Positions 9,516 through 18,909 of a DNA stretch of 64,000 nucleotides are shown in pieces; position 1 is the stretch's first letter, and every line of letters starts with the position of its first letter. Where the stretch lies: NCBI RefSeq assembly GCF_036497585.1, contig NZ_DASXJD010000196.1:14235-78234 (forward strand), written 5' to 3'. The stretch is from Actinomycetospora sp. (GTDB lineage: Bacteria; Actinomycetota; Actinomycetes; Mycobacteriales; Pseudonocardiaceae). Under the pieces are notes generated by a model that worked only from the letters and a program-made list of their open reading frames with translations, was not told where the DNA came from and searched no databases. The position numbers and the translations under genes are program-made.

Positions 9516-10318
9516 GCCGCCACCTGCCACGTGCCCCAGCTCGCGGCGTCCCGGTCGGCGTCGTCCGCGTCGTCCGCGGAGACGAAGGCCTCGGTGGACC
9601 ACCACTCGCGGATGCGGGTCTCGCCGAGCGCGTCGAACAGCGCGGTGGTCTGGCTGGCCTGGGCGCGCAGGGCGACGAGCTTGCGGTCGACCTGGTCCGG
9701 GTCGAGGTCGACGCGGACGGCCAGGGCGGACTCCGGCGTCGCGAGCGGCAGTCCCTCGGCGAGGAAGACGTCGAACGCGTCGCGGGCCGGCGACCAGCGC
9801 CGCACGAACTCGTCGGTGCTGGTGGCGAAGAGCAGGCGCGCGTGCGGCGCGGTGAGGTCGCGCGCCGCCCGTGCCCAGTCCGAGACCGTCTGGTGGTCCT
9901 CGTGGCCGGTGTAGCCGTCCGGGCCGAAGGTGACGATGGTGTCCGGCGCGACCTGCTCGACGATCCGACTGATCTGGGCGATCCGCGCCGGCGCCGACTC
10001 GGTGGCGCAGCGGCCGTCGACGACGCCGAGCAGATGGTGCTCGGTGACGTCGAGCGCGGCCAGCGACGCGCGCAGCTCCAGGCGACGCACGGCGGCGAGC
10101 CGTCGGGGCGGCCAGCGCTGCGGGTCGTCGGTCCCGCGCTCGCCGAGGGTCGCGGTGATGCACGCGACCCGGTGGCCGGCGCGGCGGGCCCCGGCCATCA
10201 GGCCGGCGGCGAGGAACGCCTCGTCGTCGGGGTGGGCCCAGACGCCGAGGACGGTGCCGAGCTGGGCGGGGTCGGTGATCGTCGGGCGTGGTGTGACAGA
10301 CGCTGTGTTCGTGAGCAT
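9512..10318 (-). CDS. PIG-L family deacetylase (LmbE-like)
   Basis: AHPDDE motif (VLGVWAHPDDEAFLAAG) and GHEDH motif. Start taken at ATG 10318 (MLTNTASV...). Confidence 0.85.
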   Translation of the reverse strand: MLTNTASVTPRPTITDPAQLGTVLGVWAHPDDEAFLAAGLMAGARRAGHRVACITATLGERGTDDPQRWPPRRLAAVRRLELRASLAALDVTEHHLLGVVDGRCATESAPARIAQISRIVEQVAPDTIVTFGPDGYTGHEDHQTVSDWARAARDLTAPHARLLFATSTDEFVRRWSPARDAFDVFLAEGLPLATPESALAVRVDLDPDQVDRKLVALRAQASQTTALFDALGETRIREWWSTEAFVSADDADDADRDAASWGTWQVAA

Positions 10319-10429
10319 GACCCGATGCTCGTCACGCAGCGTTCGCACCGCGTTCCGACGAAGCGGACATCCGCGAACCGGGCACCCGAACGCCGCGCTC
10401 CGCGCGAACGCTCGGTAGGCGCCCCATCG

Positions 10430-11701
10430 TCAGACCAGGAAGCGGAACGCGGGGGAGCCCGGCTCGAGCGGCTCGATCTGCAGCGGCGAGCGGGCCATCC
10501 GCTCCAGCAGCGGCTCGTAGTCCGTGGGCCGCCCGATCTCGACCCCGACGAGCGCGGGACCCGACTCGCGGTTGTCGCGCTTGACGTACTCGAACCGCGT
10601 GATGTCGTCGTCCGGTCCGAGGACCTCGTCGAGGAAGCGGCGCAGCGCGCCGGGCTCCTGGGGGAACTCGACGAGGAAGTAGTGCTTGAGGCCCTGGTGG
10701 CGCAGCGAGCGCTCGATGACCTCGGCGTAGCGGGAGACGTCGTTGTTGCCGCCGGAGAGGATGGCGACGACCGTCTCGCCGGGCCGCAGGTCGAGCTCCG
10801 GCCCGTCGGCCCGCAGCGCCGCCCCGGCCAGGGCTCCCGCGGGCTCGGCGATGATCCCCTCGGTCTGGTAGAGCGCGAGCATCTCGGTGCACACCAGGCC
10901 CTCGTCGACGGCGATGAGCTGCGCGCCCGAGCGGCGGATCAGCGGGAACGTCACCGCCCCGGCCTTGCGGACCGCAGCGCCGTCGACGAACCGGTCGAAC
11001 CCGTCCTCCTCGAGCACCACCGGGGTGCCGGCGTGGAGGGCGGCGGCGACGTTCCGTGCGCCCGCGGGCTCGACGCCGATCACCCGGGTTCGCGGGTGCG
11101 CCGACTGCAACCAGGTGGCGGTGCCGGCCAGCAGCCCGCCCCCGCCGACCGGGACGACGACGACGTCGGGCGCGTGCCCGAGCTGCTCGACGACCTCAGC
11201 GATGACGGTGGCCTGTCCGGCGACGGTGCGGCTGTCGTCGAAGGCCGGCACGAGCGTCGCGCCGGTCTCCTCGGCGAACGCGGTGGCCGCCGCGGAGGCC
11301 TCGTCGTAGGTGTCGCCCTGCACCACGAGGTCGACCATGTCGCCGCCGAGGGCCGCGATCCGCTCGCGCTTCTGGCGCGGGGTGGTCGAGGGGATGAGGA
11401 CGCGGCCGCGGACCCGGTGGGCCTGGCAGGCGAACGCGAACCCCTGCGCGTGGTTGCCGGCGCTCGCGCAGACCACGCCGGCGGCGCGGGCGTCGTCGTC
11501 GAGCTGGGAGATCAGGTTGTAGGCGCCGCGCAGCTTGTAGGAGCGGCCGACCTGCAGGTCCTCGCGCTTGAACCAGACGTTGGTGCCGGAGGCGGCCGAC
11601 AGCCGGAGGTTCTGCTGCAGCGGGGTGAGCTCGGCGATACCGGAGAGACGCTCCGAGGCCTCGAGCACCTGCTTCTCGAACGCCGTCCCGTCCCCGCCCA
11701 T
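10430..11701 (-). CDS. ilvA: threonine ammonia-lyase (threonine dehydratase)
   Basis: 423 aa. PLP-lysine motif region FKREDLQVGRSYKLRGAYN, GNHAQG motif, C-terminal regulatory ACT-like domain. Confidence 0.9.
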   Translation of the reverse strand: MGGDGTAFEKQVLEASERLSGIAELTPLQQNLRLSAASGTNVWFKREDLQVGRSYKLRGAYNLISQLDDDARAAGVVCASAGNHAQGFAFACQAHRVRGRVLIPSTTPRQKRERIAALGGDMVDLVVQGDTYDEASAAATAFAEETGATLVPAFDDSRTVAGQATVIAEVVEQLGHAPDVVVVPVGGGGLLAGTATWLQSAHPRTRVIGVEPAGARNVAAALHAGTPVVLEEDGFDRFVDGAAVRKAGAVTFPLIRRSGAQLIAVDEGLVCTEMLALYQTEGIIAEPAGALAGAALRADGPELDLRPGETVVAILSGGNNDVSRYAEVIERSLRHQGLKHYFLVEFPQEPGALRRFLDEVLGPDDDITRFEYVKRDNRESGPALVGVEIGRPTDYEPLLERMARSPLQIEPLEPGSPAFRFLV

Positions 11702-11970
11702 CGCACTGCTCCCTGCTCGTGTGGTCCGAACGGCTCATGGTAGGTGGCGGTGGGCGGCGCTCGCCCGAGCGGCCCCTCCGACGTCTCTCACCCAGGGTCA
11801 CCGTCCGCGCCGCCGCCCGATCGCTCCCAGGGTCACCAGGCAGATGCGGCTCACGGAGCGCCGCCCGCCGCGGCGGCTCACCGTGCGTCACCGCCGCCAG
11901 GACCGGTCGGGCGCGCCGTTATCGTGGTGAACGACCGATCTGGCACGCCGTGGAAGGACGCAGGGAAGCG

Positions 11971-13860
11971 ATGACCGAGACGATCGAGTTCCAGGCCGAG
12001 GCCCGTCAGCTGCTCCAGCTGATGATCCACTCGATCTACTCCGACAAGGACGTGTTCCTGCGGGAGCTGATCTCCAACGCCTCCGACGCGCTGGACAAGC
12101 TGCGGATGGAGTCCTACCGGGACAAGGACCTCGGGGTCGACACCTCGGACCTCCACATCGAGCTGCGCACCGACGCCGCGAACCGCTCGCTGACGATCAC
12201 CGACAACGGCATCGGGATGAGCCGGGACGACGTCGTCAGCCTGATCGGGACCATCGCGAAGTCGGGGACCGCCGAGACGCTGGCCAAGCTCCGGGAGGCC
12301 CAGGCGGGTGGCAGCGAGGAGGTCGCGGCGGAGCTGATCGGGCAGTTCGGCATCGGCTTCTACTCGAGCTTCATGGTGGCCGACAAGGTCGAGATGACGA
12401 CCCGTCGCGCCGGCACCGAGGGCGGGGTGCACTGGGAGTCGGCGGGCGAGGGGACCTACGAGCTCTCCGAGGCGCCCGAGGCGCCGCAGGGCACCAGCAT
12501 CACCGTGCACCTCAAGGCCGAGGACGCCGAGGACAGCCTGCACGACTACGCCGACCCGGCCGTCGTCACGCGCATCGTCAAGCGCTACTCGGACTTCATC
12601 ACCTGGCCGATCCTGCTGAACCCGGGCGAGGGCGGCGAGGACGAGGAGAGCTCCGACGAGCCGATCAACTCCCGGAAGGCCCTGTGGGCGCGCCCGCGCT
12701 CCGAGGTGACCGACGAGGAGTACGCCGAGTTCTACCGCCACGTCTCGCACGACTGGCAGGAGCCGCTCGAGACGATGCGGTTCACCGGCGAGGGCACCTT
12801 CGAGTACCAGGCGCTGCTGTTCCTGCCCAGCCACGCGCCGATGGACCTCTACTACCGCGACGCCCGGCGCGGCGTGCAGCTGTACGTGAAGCGCGTCTTC
12901 GTCATGGAGGACTGCGAGGCGCTCGTCCCCGAGTACCTGCGCTTCGTCAAGGGCGTCGTCGACGCGCAGGACCTCTCGCTCAACGTCTCCCGGGAGCTCC
13001 TCCAGCAGGACCGCCAGATCCAGCTGATCCGCAAGCGTCTGGTCAAGCGCGTGCTGCAGACGATCACGACGATGCGCAGCGAGAGCCCGGAGAAGTACGG
13101 CACCTTCTGGACCGAGTGCGGCCGCGCGCTCAAGGAGGGCCTGCTCACCGACGCCGAGAACGCCCAGGCCGTCCTGGAGGCCTCGAGCTTCGCCTCGACG
13201 CACGACCCGGAGGTGCTCACCACGCTCGCCGAGTACGTCGCGCGGATGCCCGAGGGCCAGGAGTCGATCTACTACGTCACCGGTGAGTCCCGCGCGAGCG
13301 TCGAGAACTCCCCGCACATCGAGGCGTTCCGCGCCAAGGGCTACGAGGTCCTGCTGCTCACCGACCAGGTCGACGAGGTCTGGGTCGGCGCGGTGCCCGC
13401 CTACGGAACGGGCGACGACGCCAAGCCGTTCGCGTCGATCTCGCAGGGCGACGTCGACCTGGGCGACGAGGCCGAGAAGCCCGAGGGCTTCGACGACCTG
13501 CTGTCCTGGATGACGACGACGCTCGCCGACGACGTCTCCGAGGTCCGGCTCTCCACGCGCCTGACCACCTCGCCGGCGTGCCTGGTCGGCGAGGTCGGCG
13601 CGATCCCGCCGCAGCTCGAGCAGATGATGCGCTCGATGGGCCAGGAGCTGCCGGTCCAGAAGCGGGCGCTCGAGCTCAACCCGAAGCACCCGCTGGTGCA
13701 GAACCTCAAGGCCGCCCACGAGGCGAAGCCCGACGACGCCGGCGTCGCCGAGACCGCCTCGCTGCTGCACGACATGGCGCTGCTGGCCGAGGGCGGCGAG
13801 CTCAAGGAGCCCTCGGCGTTCGTCGGGAAGCTCGCCCAGCGCCTGGCGGCCACCCTGTGA
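11971..13860 (+). CDS. htpG: molecular chaperone HtpG (Hsp90)
   Basis: ATG 11971. Translation MTETIEFQAEARQLLQLMIHSIYSDKDVFLRELISNASDALDKLR, GIGMS, GQFGIGFYS. 629 aa. Confidence 0.95.
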   Translation: MTETIEFQAEARQLLQLMIHSIYSDKDVFLRELISNASDALDKLRMESYRDKDLGVDTSDLHIELRTDAANRSLTITDNGIGMSRDDVVSLIGTIAKSGTAETLAKLREAQAGGSEEVAAELIGQFGIGFYSSFMVADKVEMTTRRAGTEGGVHWESAGEGTYELSEAPEAPQGTSITVHLKAEDAEDSLHDYADPAVVTRIVKRYSDFITWPILLNPGEGGEDEESSDEPINSRKALWARPRSEVTDEEYAEFYRHVSHDWQEPLETMRFTGEGTFEYQALLFLPSHAPMDLYYRDARRGVQLYVKRVFVMEDCEALVPEYLRFVKGVVDAQDLSLNVSRELLQQDRQIQLIRKRLVKRVLQTITTMRSESPEKYGTFWTECGRALKEGLLTDAENAQAVLEASSFASTHDPEVLTTLAEYVARMPEGQESIYYVTGESRASVENSPHIEAFRAKGYEVLLLTDQVDEVWVGAVPAYGTGDDAKPFASISQGDVDLGDEAEKPEGFDDLLSWMTTTLADDVSEVRLSTRLTTSPACLVGEVGAIPPQLEQMMRSMGQELPVQKRALELNPKHPLVQNLKAAHEAKPDDAGVAETASLLHDMALLAEGGELKEPSAFVGKLAQRLAATL

Positions 13861-14882
13861 AGGTCGGCGTCGACAGCTTCGTCGCGAAGGTGACCGAGCC
13901 CGACACCGAGCAGGTGGTCGGGCCGGTGGAGCGGTTCGCGCACCTGATGGAGGAGATCGAGACGGCCGAGCGGGCCGGGCTCTACTCCTACGGCATCGGT
14001 GAGCACCACCGCGCCGAGTACTACGACGCGGCGCCCGCGATAATCCTGGCCGCCGCGGCGTCGCGCACCCGCCGGATCCGGTTGCGCTCGGCCGTGACGG
14101 TGCTGTCGGCCGCGGACCCGGTGCGGGTGTTCCAGGAGTACGCGACGGTCGACCTGATCAGCGGCGGTCGCGTCGAGCTCGTCGTCGGGCGCGGCTCGTT
14201 CATCGAGGCGTTCCCGCTGTTCGGGCTGGCGTTCGAGGACTACGACGAGCTGTTCGTCGAGAAGCTCAACCTGCTGCTGCGGCTGCGCGACGACGCCGTC
14301 GTGACGTGGTCGGGCAAGCACCGGCCCCCGCTGCACGAGCAGCCGGTCTACCCGCGCCCGGTGCAGGACCCGTTCCCCATCTGGGTCGGGGTGGGCGGCA
14401 CGCCGGAGTCGTTCCTGCGGGCGGGCACGCTCGGCCTGCCGCTCATGGTCGCGATCATCGGCGGTGAGCCACGCCAGTTCGCGCCGCTGATCGACCTCTA
14501 CCGGCGGGCCGGGGAGCAGGCCGGGCACGACCCGGAGCAGCTGAAGGTCGGGCTGCACTGCTTCGGGTTCCTCGGCGACGACGTCGCGAAGGCCACCAAC
14601 GCGTTCTACCCGGGCTGGGAGGCGATGTTCACGACGATCGCCCGCGAGCGCGGCGGGATGCCGCCCACCCGGCGGCAGTTCGACGCGACCCGCGGTCCGG
14701 ACGGCGCGTACGTCGTCGGCGACCCCGACCAGGTGGCGACGAAGCTGACGCGCATCTCCGAGCAGCTGGGCGGGGTCGACCGGATCAACCTGCAGATGAC
14801 CAACCCGCGCCTGCGCCACGCCGACCTGCTGCACTCGATCGAGCTGCTGGGCGAGGTCGCGCCCAAGGTCGCCGCCGTCTGA
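13857..14882 (+). CDS. LLM-class flavin-dependent oxidoreductase (luciferase-like)
   Basis: GTG 13857 overlaps the htpG stop (GTGA). Translation VKVGVDSFV...GIGEHHRAEY...AADPVRVFQEYATVDLISGGRVELVVGRGS. Confidence 0.85.
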   Translation: MKVGVDSFVAKVTEPDTEQVVGPVERFAHLMEEIETAERAGLYSYGIGEHHRAEYYDAAPAIILAAAASRTRRIRLRSAVTVLSAADPVRVFQEYATVDLISGGRVELVVGRGSFIEAFPLFGLAFEDYDELFVEKLNLLLRLRDDAVVTWSGKHRPPLHEQPVYPRPVQDPFPIWVGVGGTPESFLRAGTLGLPLMVAIIGGEPRQFAPLIDLYRRAGEQAGHDPEQLKVGLHCFGFLGDDVAKATNAFYPGWEAMFTTIARERGGMPPTRRQFDATRGPDGAYVVGDPDQVATKLTRISEQLGGVDRINLQMTNPRLRHADLLHSIELLGEVAPKVAAV

Positions 14883-14929
14883 CGCGCCGGTCGAGAGGGA
14901 CCGAGGTCCACGTGTGATCAGATGGGTCC

Positions 14930-15781
14930 GTGATGGACCCGACCGCGCTGCCCCCGGGATTCGCCGACCAGCTCGAGGACTACCGGGCCCGGGCCGCCGC
15001 GCCGGTGGAGCCGAAGGCGGCGGCCTCGACGATCCTGCTGCGTGACGGCGCCGCCGGGGGCGTCGAGGCGTTCCTGCTGCGGCGCCGCACGCAGATGGCG
15101 TTCGCTGGCGGGATGGTGGTCTTCCCGGGCGGCGGGGTCGACCCGCGGGACGCGACCGACGACGTCAGATGGGTCGGGCCGCCGCCGTCGACCTGGGCCG
15201 GGCGCCTGGGTCTCGACGAGGCCGCGGCCCGCGCGGTGGTCTCGGCGGCGATCCGGGAGACGTTCGAGGAGTCGGGGGTGCTGCTCGCCGGCCCGGACGG
15301 GGCCTCCGTCGTCGCCGACACCTCCGGGCCGGAGTGGGCCGAGGCGCGGCGGGCCCTCGAGGCCCGCGAGACCGCGTTCACCGACGTGCTGCGCGAGCGC
15401 TCCCTGGTGCTGCGCACCGACCTGCTCCGGCCGTGGACGTGCTGGATCACCCCGGAGTTCGAGCCGCGGCGTTACCGCACGTTCTTCTTCGTGACGGCGA
15501 GCCCGGCCGGGCAGCACGCCGCCGCCGGCTCCACCGAGTCCGACGCGGCCGGGTGGCTCGGCGTGCACGACGCGCTGAGCTCCGCCGGACAGAGCGTCGC
15601 GATGCTCCCACCGCAGTACTGCACGTTCCTCGAGCTCGCGCAGTACCCCACGGTGGCCGAGGTCCTCGACGCCGCCGACCGCCCGATCCCCGACCCGGTG
15701 ATGCCCGGCCTCGACACCACCGCCGACCCGGTCCGTCTCGCGCTGCCCGCGCGCTACGCGGAGCTCAACGCCGCGGGCTGA
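14930..15781 (+). CDS. NUDIX hydrolase family protein
   Basis: Nudix box-like segment [15 protein letters not shown]...[15 protein letters not shown]. Confidence 0.8.
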   Translation: MMDPTALPPGFADQLEDYRARAAAPVEPKAAASTILLRDGAAGGVEAFLLRRRTQMAFAGGMVVFPGGGVDPRDATDDVRWVGPPPSTWAGRLGLDEAAARAVVSAAIRETFEESGVLLAGPDGASVVADTSGPEWAEARRALEARETAFTDVLRERSLVLRTDLLRPWTCWITPEFEPRRYRTFFFVTASPAGQHAAAGSTESDAAGWLGVHDALSSAGQSVAMLPPQYCTFLELAQYPTVAEVLDAADRPIPDPVMPGLDTTADPVRLALPARYAELNAAG

Positions 15782-15790
15782 GGGCCGGGG

Positions 15791-17065
15791 TCACCACGTC
15801 ACCGGCAGGGCCTCCACGCCGTGGATGAGGGCGTCGCGGCGGAACTCGAGCTCGGCCGGGTCGACCGCGAGCGCCAGCCCCGGGAACCGGTCCAGGAGCG
15901 CCGAGAACGCGATCCGCAGCTCGATGCGCGCCAGCGGCGCTCCCAGGCAGTGGTGGATGCCGTAGCCGAAGGCGACGTGGGGGAGCGGCTCCCGGGACAG
16001 GTCGAGGTGGTCCAGGTCGCCCGACGCCAGCGCCGAGTCCCGGTTGGCGGCGCACAGCGAGGCGGTCACCATCGTGCCGGCCCGGATCTCGTGGGTTCCG
16101 ACGACGACGTCGCGGCTCGCCACCCGCGGGAAGCCCGCCGACACCGGGGACACGTGACGGAGCAGCTCCTCGACGGCCCGGGTCAGGGGAGCCGGGTCGG
16201 GGTCGGAGACGGCGGCGCGCAGGAGCGCCATCTGGTCCGGGTCGGTGAGCAGTTCGAGAGCGCCCAGGGCGATCACGTTGGACGTGGTCTCGTGGCCGGC
16301 GATGAGCAGCAGGTTGGCCAGCCCCGCGAGCTCTTCGCCGTCGATCCCGCCCTCGGCCGCGGGACGGTCGCCGTGCTCGCGGACCAGCATGCCGATCAGG
16401 TCGTCGCCGGGGTCGCGCCGGGCACGTTCCACCAGGGTGGCCATGTACTCGCGGGAGGCGCGGATGACCTGCGAGCGCTTCGCGGGGGTGAGGTCGGAGC
16501 GCAGCGTGCGCTCGGCGCGCTCCTGGAACCCGCCGCGGTCGGCGTAGGGGACACCGAGCAGCTCGCAGATCACCAGGGAGGGCACGGGCAGCGCGAAGTC
16601 GGCGACGAGGTCCGCCGGGGGCCCGCCGTCCGCCATCGCCGTGAGGGCGTCCGCCACGATGGCCGCGACCCGCGGCTCCAGCGCCTTCATGGCCCGCACC
16701 GTGAACCGGCCGGTGAGCATCCGACGCAGCCGGGTGTGGTCCGGCGGGTCGATCGCGAGCAGCATCCCGCTGCGGCGGCGGTGCATCTCGGCGGCGGTGA
16801 GCTCATCGGTGATTCCCGGCGGGGGCGGGACCGTCTCGAACCTGAACGCGGGGTCGCCGTGCACCGTCCGGGCGTCGTGGAAGCCCGCCACCAGCTCGGC
16901 CCGGTGGCCCGCCAGCGTCGTCACCGGGCACGTGCCGTCGTGCTCGCGCAGCGCGGTGACGCGCGGGTCCGGGTCGAGCCCGTCGCGGCGCAGGCCCAGC
17001 GGCGGGACGGGGGCCACGTCCGGTTCGGTGTGCACGCTCACGACCCGAGACCCTGCTCCTTCCAC
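15791..17065 (-). CDS. cytochrome P450
   Basis: Heme-Cys loop FGYGIHHCLGAPLARIE, I-helix LLLIAGHETTSN, ExxR. True start may be the GTG at 17041 (VSVHTEPD...). Confidence 0.9.
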   Translation of the reverse strand: MEGAGSRVVSVHTEPDVAPVPPLGLRRDGLDPDPRVTALREHDGTCPVTTLAGHRAELVAGFHDARTVHGDPAFRFETVPPPPGITDELTAAEMHRRRSGMLLAIDPPDHTRLRRMLTGRFTVRAMKALEPRVAAIVADALTAMADGGPPADLVADFALPVPSLVICELLGVPYADRGGFQERAERTLRSDLTPAKRSQVIRASREYMATLVERARRDPGDDLIGMLVREHGDRPAAEGGIDGEELAGLANLLLIAGHETTSNVIALGALELLTDPDQMALLRAAVSDPDPAPLTRAVEELLRHVSPVSAGFPRVASRDVVVGTHEIRAGTMVTASLCAANRDSALASGDLDHLDLSREPLPHVAFGYGIHHCLGAPLARIELRIAFSALLDRFPGLALAVDPAELEFRRDALIHGVEALPVTW

Positions 17066-17181
17066 CCCGCCCGACGAAAGGGGGGTTCCGGATCACACCC
17101 CGCGGGAACATCGGGGAACCGTCTCTCGAAGAACGCGTCGTTGATCGGGCTCCCTCCCTCCGGGGTGTCGGCGCCCATCAT
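17038..17181 (-). CDS. 47-codon upstream ORF translationally coupled to the P450 (hypothetical)
   Basis: ATGATG at 17181/17178. Translation MMGADTPEGGSPINDAFFERRFPDVPAGCDPEPPFRRAGWKEQGLGS. Its TGA overlaps the in-frame GTG of the P450 (GTGA at 17038-17041). GC3 about 79% by hand count. Below the size cut-off of the ORF track. Confidence 0.3.
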   Translation of the reverse strand: MMGADTPEGGSPINDAFFERRFPDVPAGCDPEPPFRRAGWKEQGLGS

Positions 17182-17208
17182 GGCGCGCGCCCCCGGCGAC
17201 GCACCGGC

Positions 17209-18315
17209 TCACTGGTCGGGCGCGGTCCGGCTCTCCCGCAGATGGTCCAGGGTCGTCCCGTAGCGCTGCAGCACGGCGGCCCGCACGTCGGGGTCGGTCC
17301 GGGGCACCGGCTCGATGAAGACCTGGTCGAGGTCGTGGAACCGCTCGTGCAGCTCGTCGTCGAGACGCACGCAGGCCCGCTCGAGGTCGCCGGCCGTGAG
17401 CTCGTCGACGAAGTCGACCCGGGCGCAGAGCAGCACGGAGTCGGTGCCGGTGAGCATCGACTGCAGGTCCACGACGGCGACGACCTCGGGTGCCGCGTCG
17501 AGGTGCTCGTAGACCGCCTGGAGCACCCGCGGCTCCGCGGCCCGGCCGATGAGCAGCGCCTTGTTCGAGCTGCCGAGCGAGAACGCGACGCCGGCGAGCA
17601 GCAGACCGATGAGGACCGAGGCGATGCCGTCCCAGACCGAGGACCCGGTCGCGCGGTGCAGGGCCACGCCGATCGCGGCGAACGCGAGGCCGAGCAGCGC
17701 CGCGGTGTCCTCGAAGAGCACGCTCTTGACCGTCGGGTCGTCGGAGAGCGCGAGGTAGCGCCGCAGCGGCAGCCGGAGCTCCTGCTTCTCCCGCCAGACC
17801 TGCCGGACGGCCTGCTGCCAGGAGATGCCCTCGATGATCGCGGAGAGCCCGAGGACCGCGAACGCCACCCAGGCGTACTGCTCCTCGGCGGGGTCACGGG
17901 GGTTCTCGACGATCGTCGTGATGCCCTCGTAGATCGAGTAGGTCGCGCCGGTGACGAAGACCGACACCGCCGCGATCATCGACCAGAAGAAGCGCTCCTT
18001 GCCGTAGCCGAAGGGGTGGGTCCGGTCGGGCCGGCGCACCGAGCGCCGCAGGGCGGTGAACAGCAGCACCTCGGTGGTGCAGTCCGCCACCGAGTGGGCG
18101 GCCTCGGCGAGCATGGCCGACGAGCCGGTGAGGAGACCCGCCACGAGCTTGAGGACCCCGACCGCCGCGTTGGCGAGGAAGGCGAGGACCACCGAGAGCG
18201 TGCTCTGGCCCGAGGAGGACTCCCCGTCCTCGCGGCCCTCGTCGGTCGGGTCGTCCGGCTCGGGTCCGGCGGTGGCGTCCTCCGCGGTCCGGGAATCCGG
18301 GGGGCCGACGGTCAT
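17209..18315 (-). CDS. cation diffusion facilitator (CDF) family metal efflux transporter
   Basis: ATG 18315 (MTVGPPDS...). Translation AEAAHSVADCTTEVLLF, HPFGYGKERFFWS, and a C-terminal cytoplasmic domain. 368 aa. Confidence 0.9.
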   Translation of the reverse strand: MTVGPPDSRTAEDATAGPEPDDPTDEGREDGESSSGQSTLSVVLAFLANAAVGVLKLVAGLLTGSSAMLAEAAHSVADCTTEVLLFTALRRSVRRPDRTHPFGYGKERFFWSMIAAVSVFVTGATYSIYEGITTIVENPRDPAEEQYAWVAFAVLGLSAIIEGISWQQAVRQVWREKQELRLPLRRYLALSDDPTVKSVLFEDTAALLGLAFAAIGVALHRATGSSVWDGIASVLIGLLLAGVAFSLGSSNKALLIGRAAEPRVLQAVYEHLDAAPEVVAVVDLQSMLTGTDSVLLCARVDFVDELTAGDLERACVRLDDELHERFHDLDQVFIEPVPRTDPDVRAAVLQRYGTTLDHLRESRTAPDQ

Positions 18316-18404
18316 GGGCGTTCCTCCTGTTTCGTCCGCGACGACCGCTCTACCCGTTGCCGTCGGGCGCCACGCGATCGCCGGGAAACGTCTCGGCGCG
18401 GGCC

Positions 18405-18463
18405 TTGACGCAACCACATGGTTGCCATAGTTTGGGTCGCAACCGAGCAGTTGCGACAGGAGG
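18405..18463 (+). promoter_or_regulatory. promoter with two GCAAC-N-GTTGC operators and SD for the SRPBCC-ArsR-DUF899 operon
   Basis: TTGACG (18405-18410), then 17 nt, then TAGTTT (18428-18433). Palindrome GCAACCACATGGTTGC (18410-18425) lies between -35 and -10. A second palindrome GCAACCGAGCAGTTGC is at 18439-18454. AGGAGG (18458-18463) sits 5 nt before GTG 18469. Confidence 0.6.
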
Positions 18464-18468
18464 TCGAC

Positions 18469-18909
18469 GTGGCATTCCCGGACCGGATCGAACGGACCAT
18501 CGAGCTCGCCCACCCGCCGGAGCGGGTGTGGACCGCGATCACCACCGCCGAGGGCCTCGCCGCGTGGTTCGGCGACCGGGCCGAGATCGACCTGCGGCCC
18601 GGCGGCGCCGGCTCGCTCATCTGGACCGCCGAGGGCCACCACCAGGACCTGCGCATCGAGCGCGTCGAGGAGCCCACGGCCTTCGGCTTCACCTGGCGGA
18701 TCGACGGGCTGCCCCGGGAGGACCCGCGCCGTACCTACGTCGAGTTCACCCTCGAACCGATCCCGACGGGCACCCGGCTGCACCTCGTGGAGACCGGCTT
18801 CGCCCAGCTCGGGCCGGACGAGCACCGCGCGCACAGCGGCAACACCGACGGGTGGGACCACGAGCTCGGAGACCTCGCGGCCCATCTCGACGCCGTCCAT
18901 GCCGCCTGA
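18469..18909 (+). CDS. SRPBCC/Aha1-domain protein
   Basis: Translation VAFPDRIERTIELAHPPERVWTAITTAEGLAAWFG... GTG 18469 is preferred over the ATG at 18418, which lies inside the predicted promoter. Confidence 0.75.
   Translation: MAFPDRIERTIELAHPPERVWTAITTAEGLAAWFGDRAEIDLRPGGAGSLIWTAEGHHQDLRIERVEEPTAFGFTWRIDGLPREDPRRTYVEFTLEPIPTGTRLHLVETGFAQLGPDEHRAHSGNTDGWDHELGDLAAHLDAVHAA

Noticed and set aside
9368-11743. 791-aa plus-strand ORF
   Set aside because: It is antisense to the PIG-L and ilvA genes, which carry clear family motifs. Its composition is typical of a high-GC shadow ORF.
11878-13770. 630-aa minus-strand ORF
   Set aside because: It is antisense to htpG. It has no motifs and a repetitive Arg/Leu/Gly/Asp composition.
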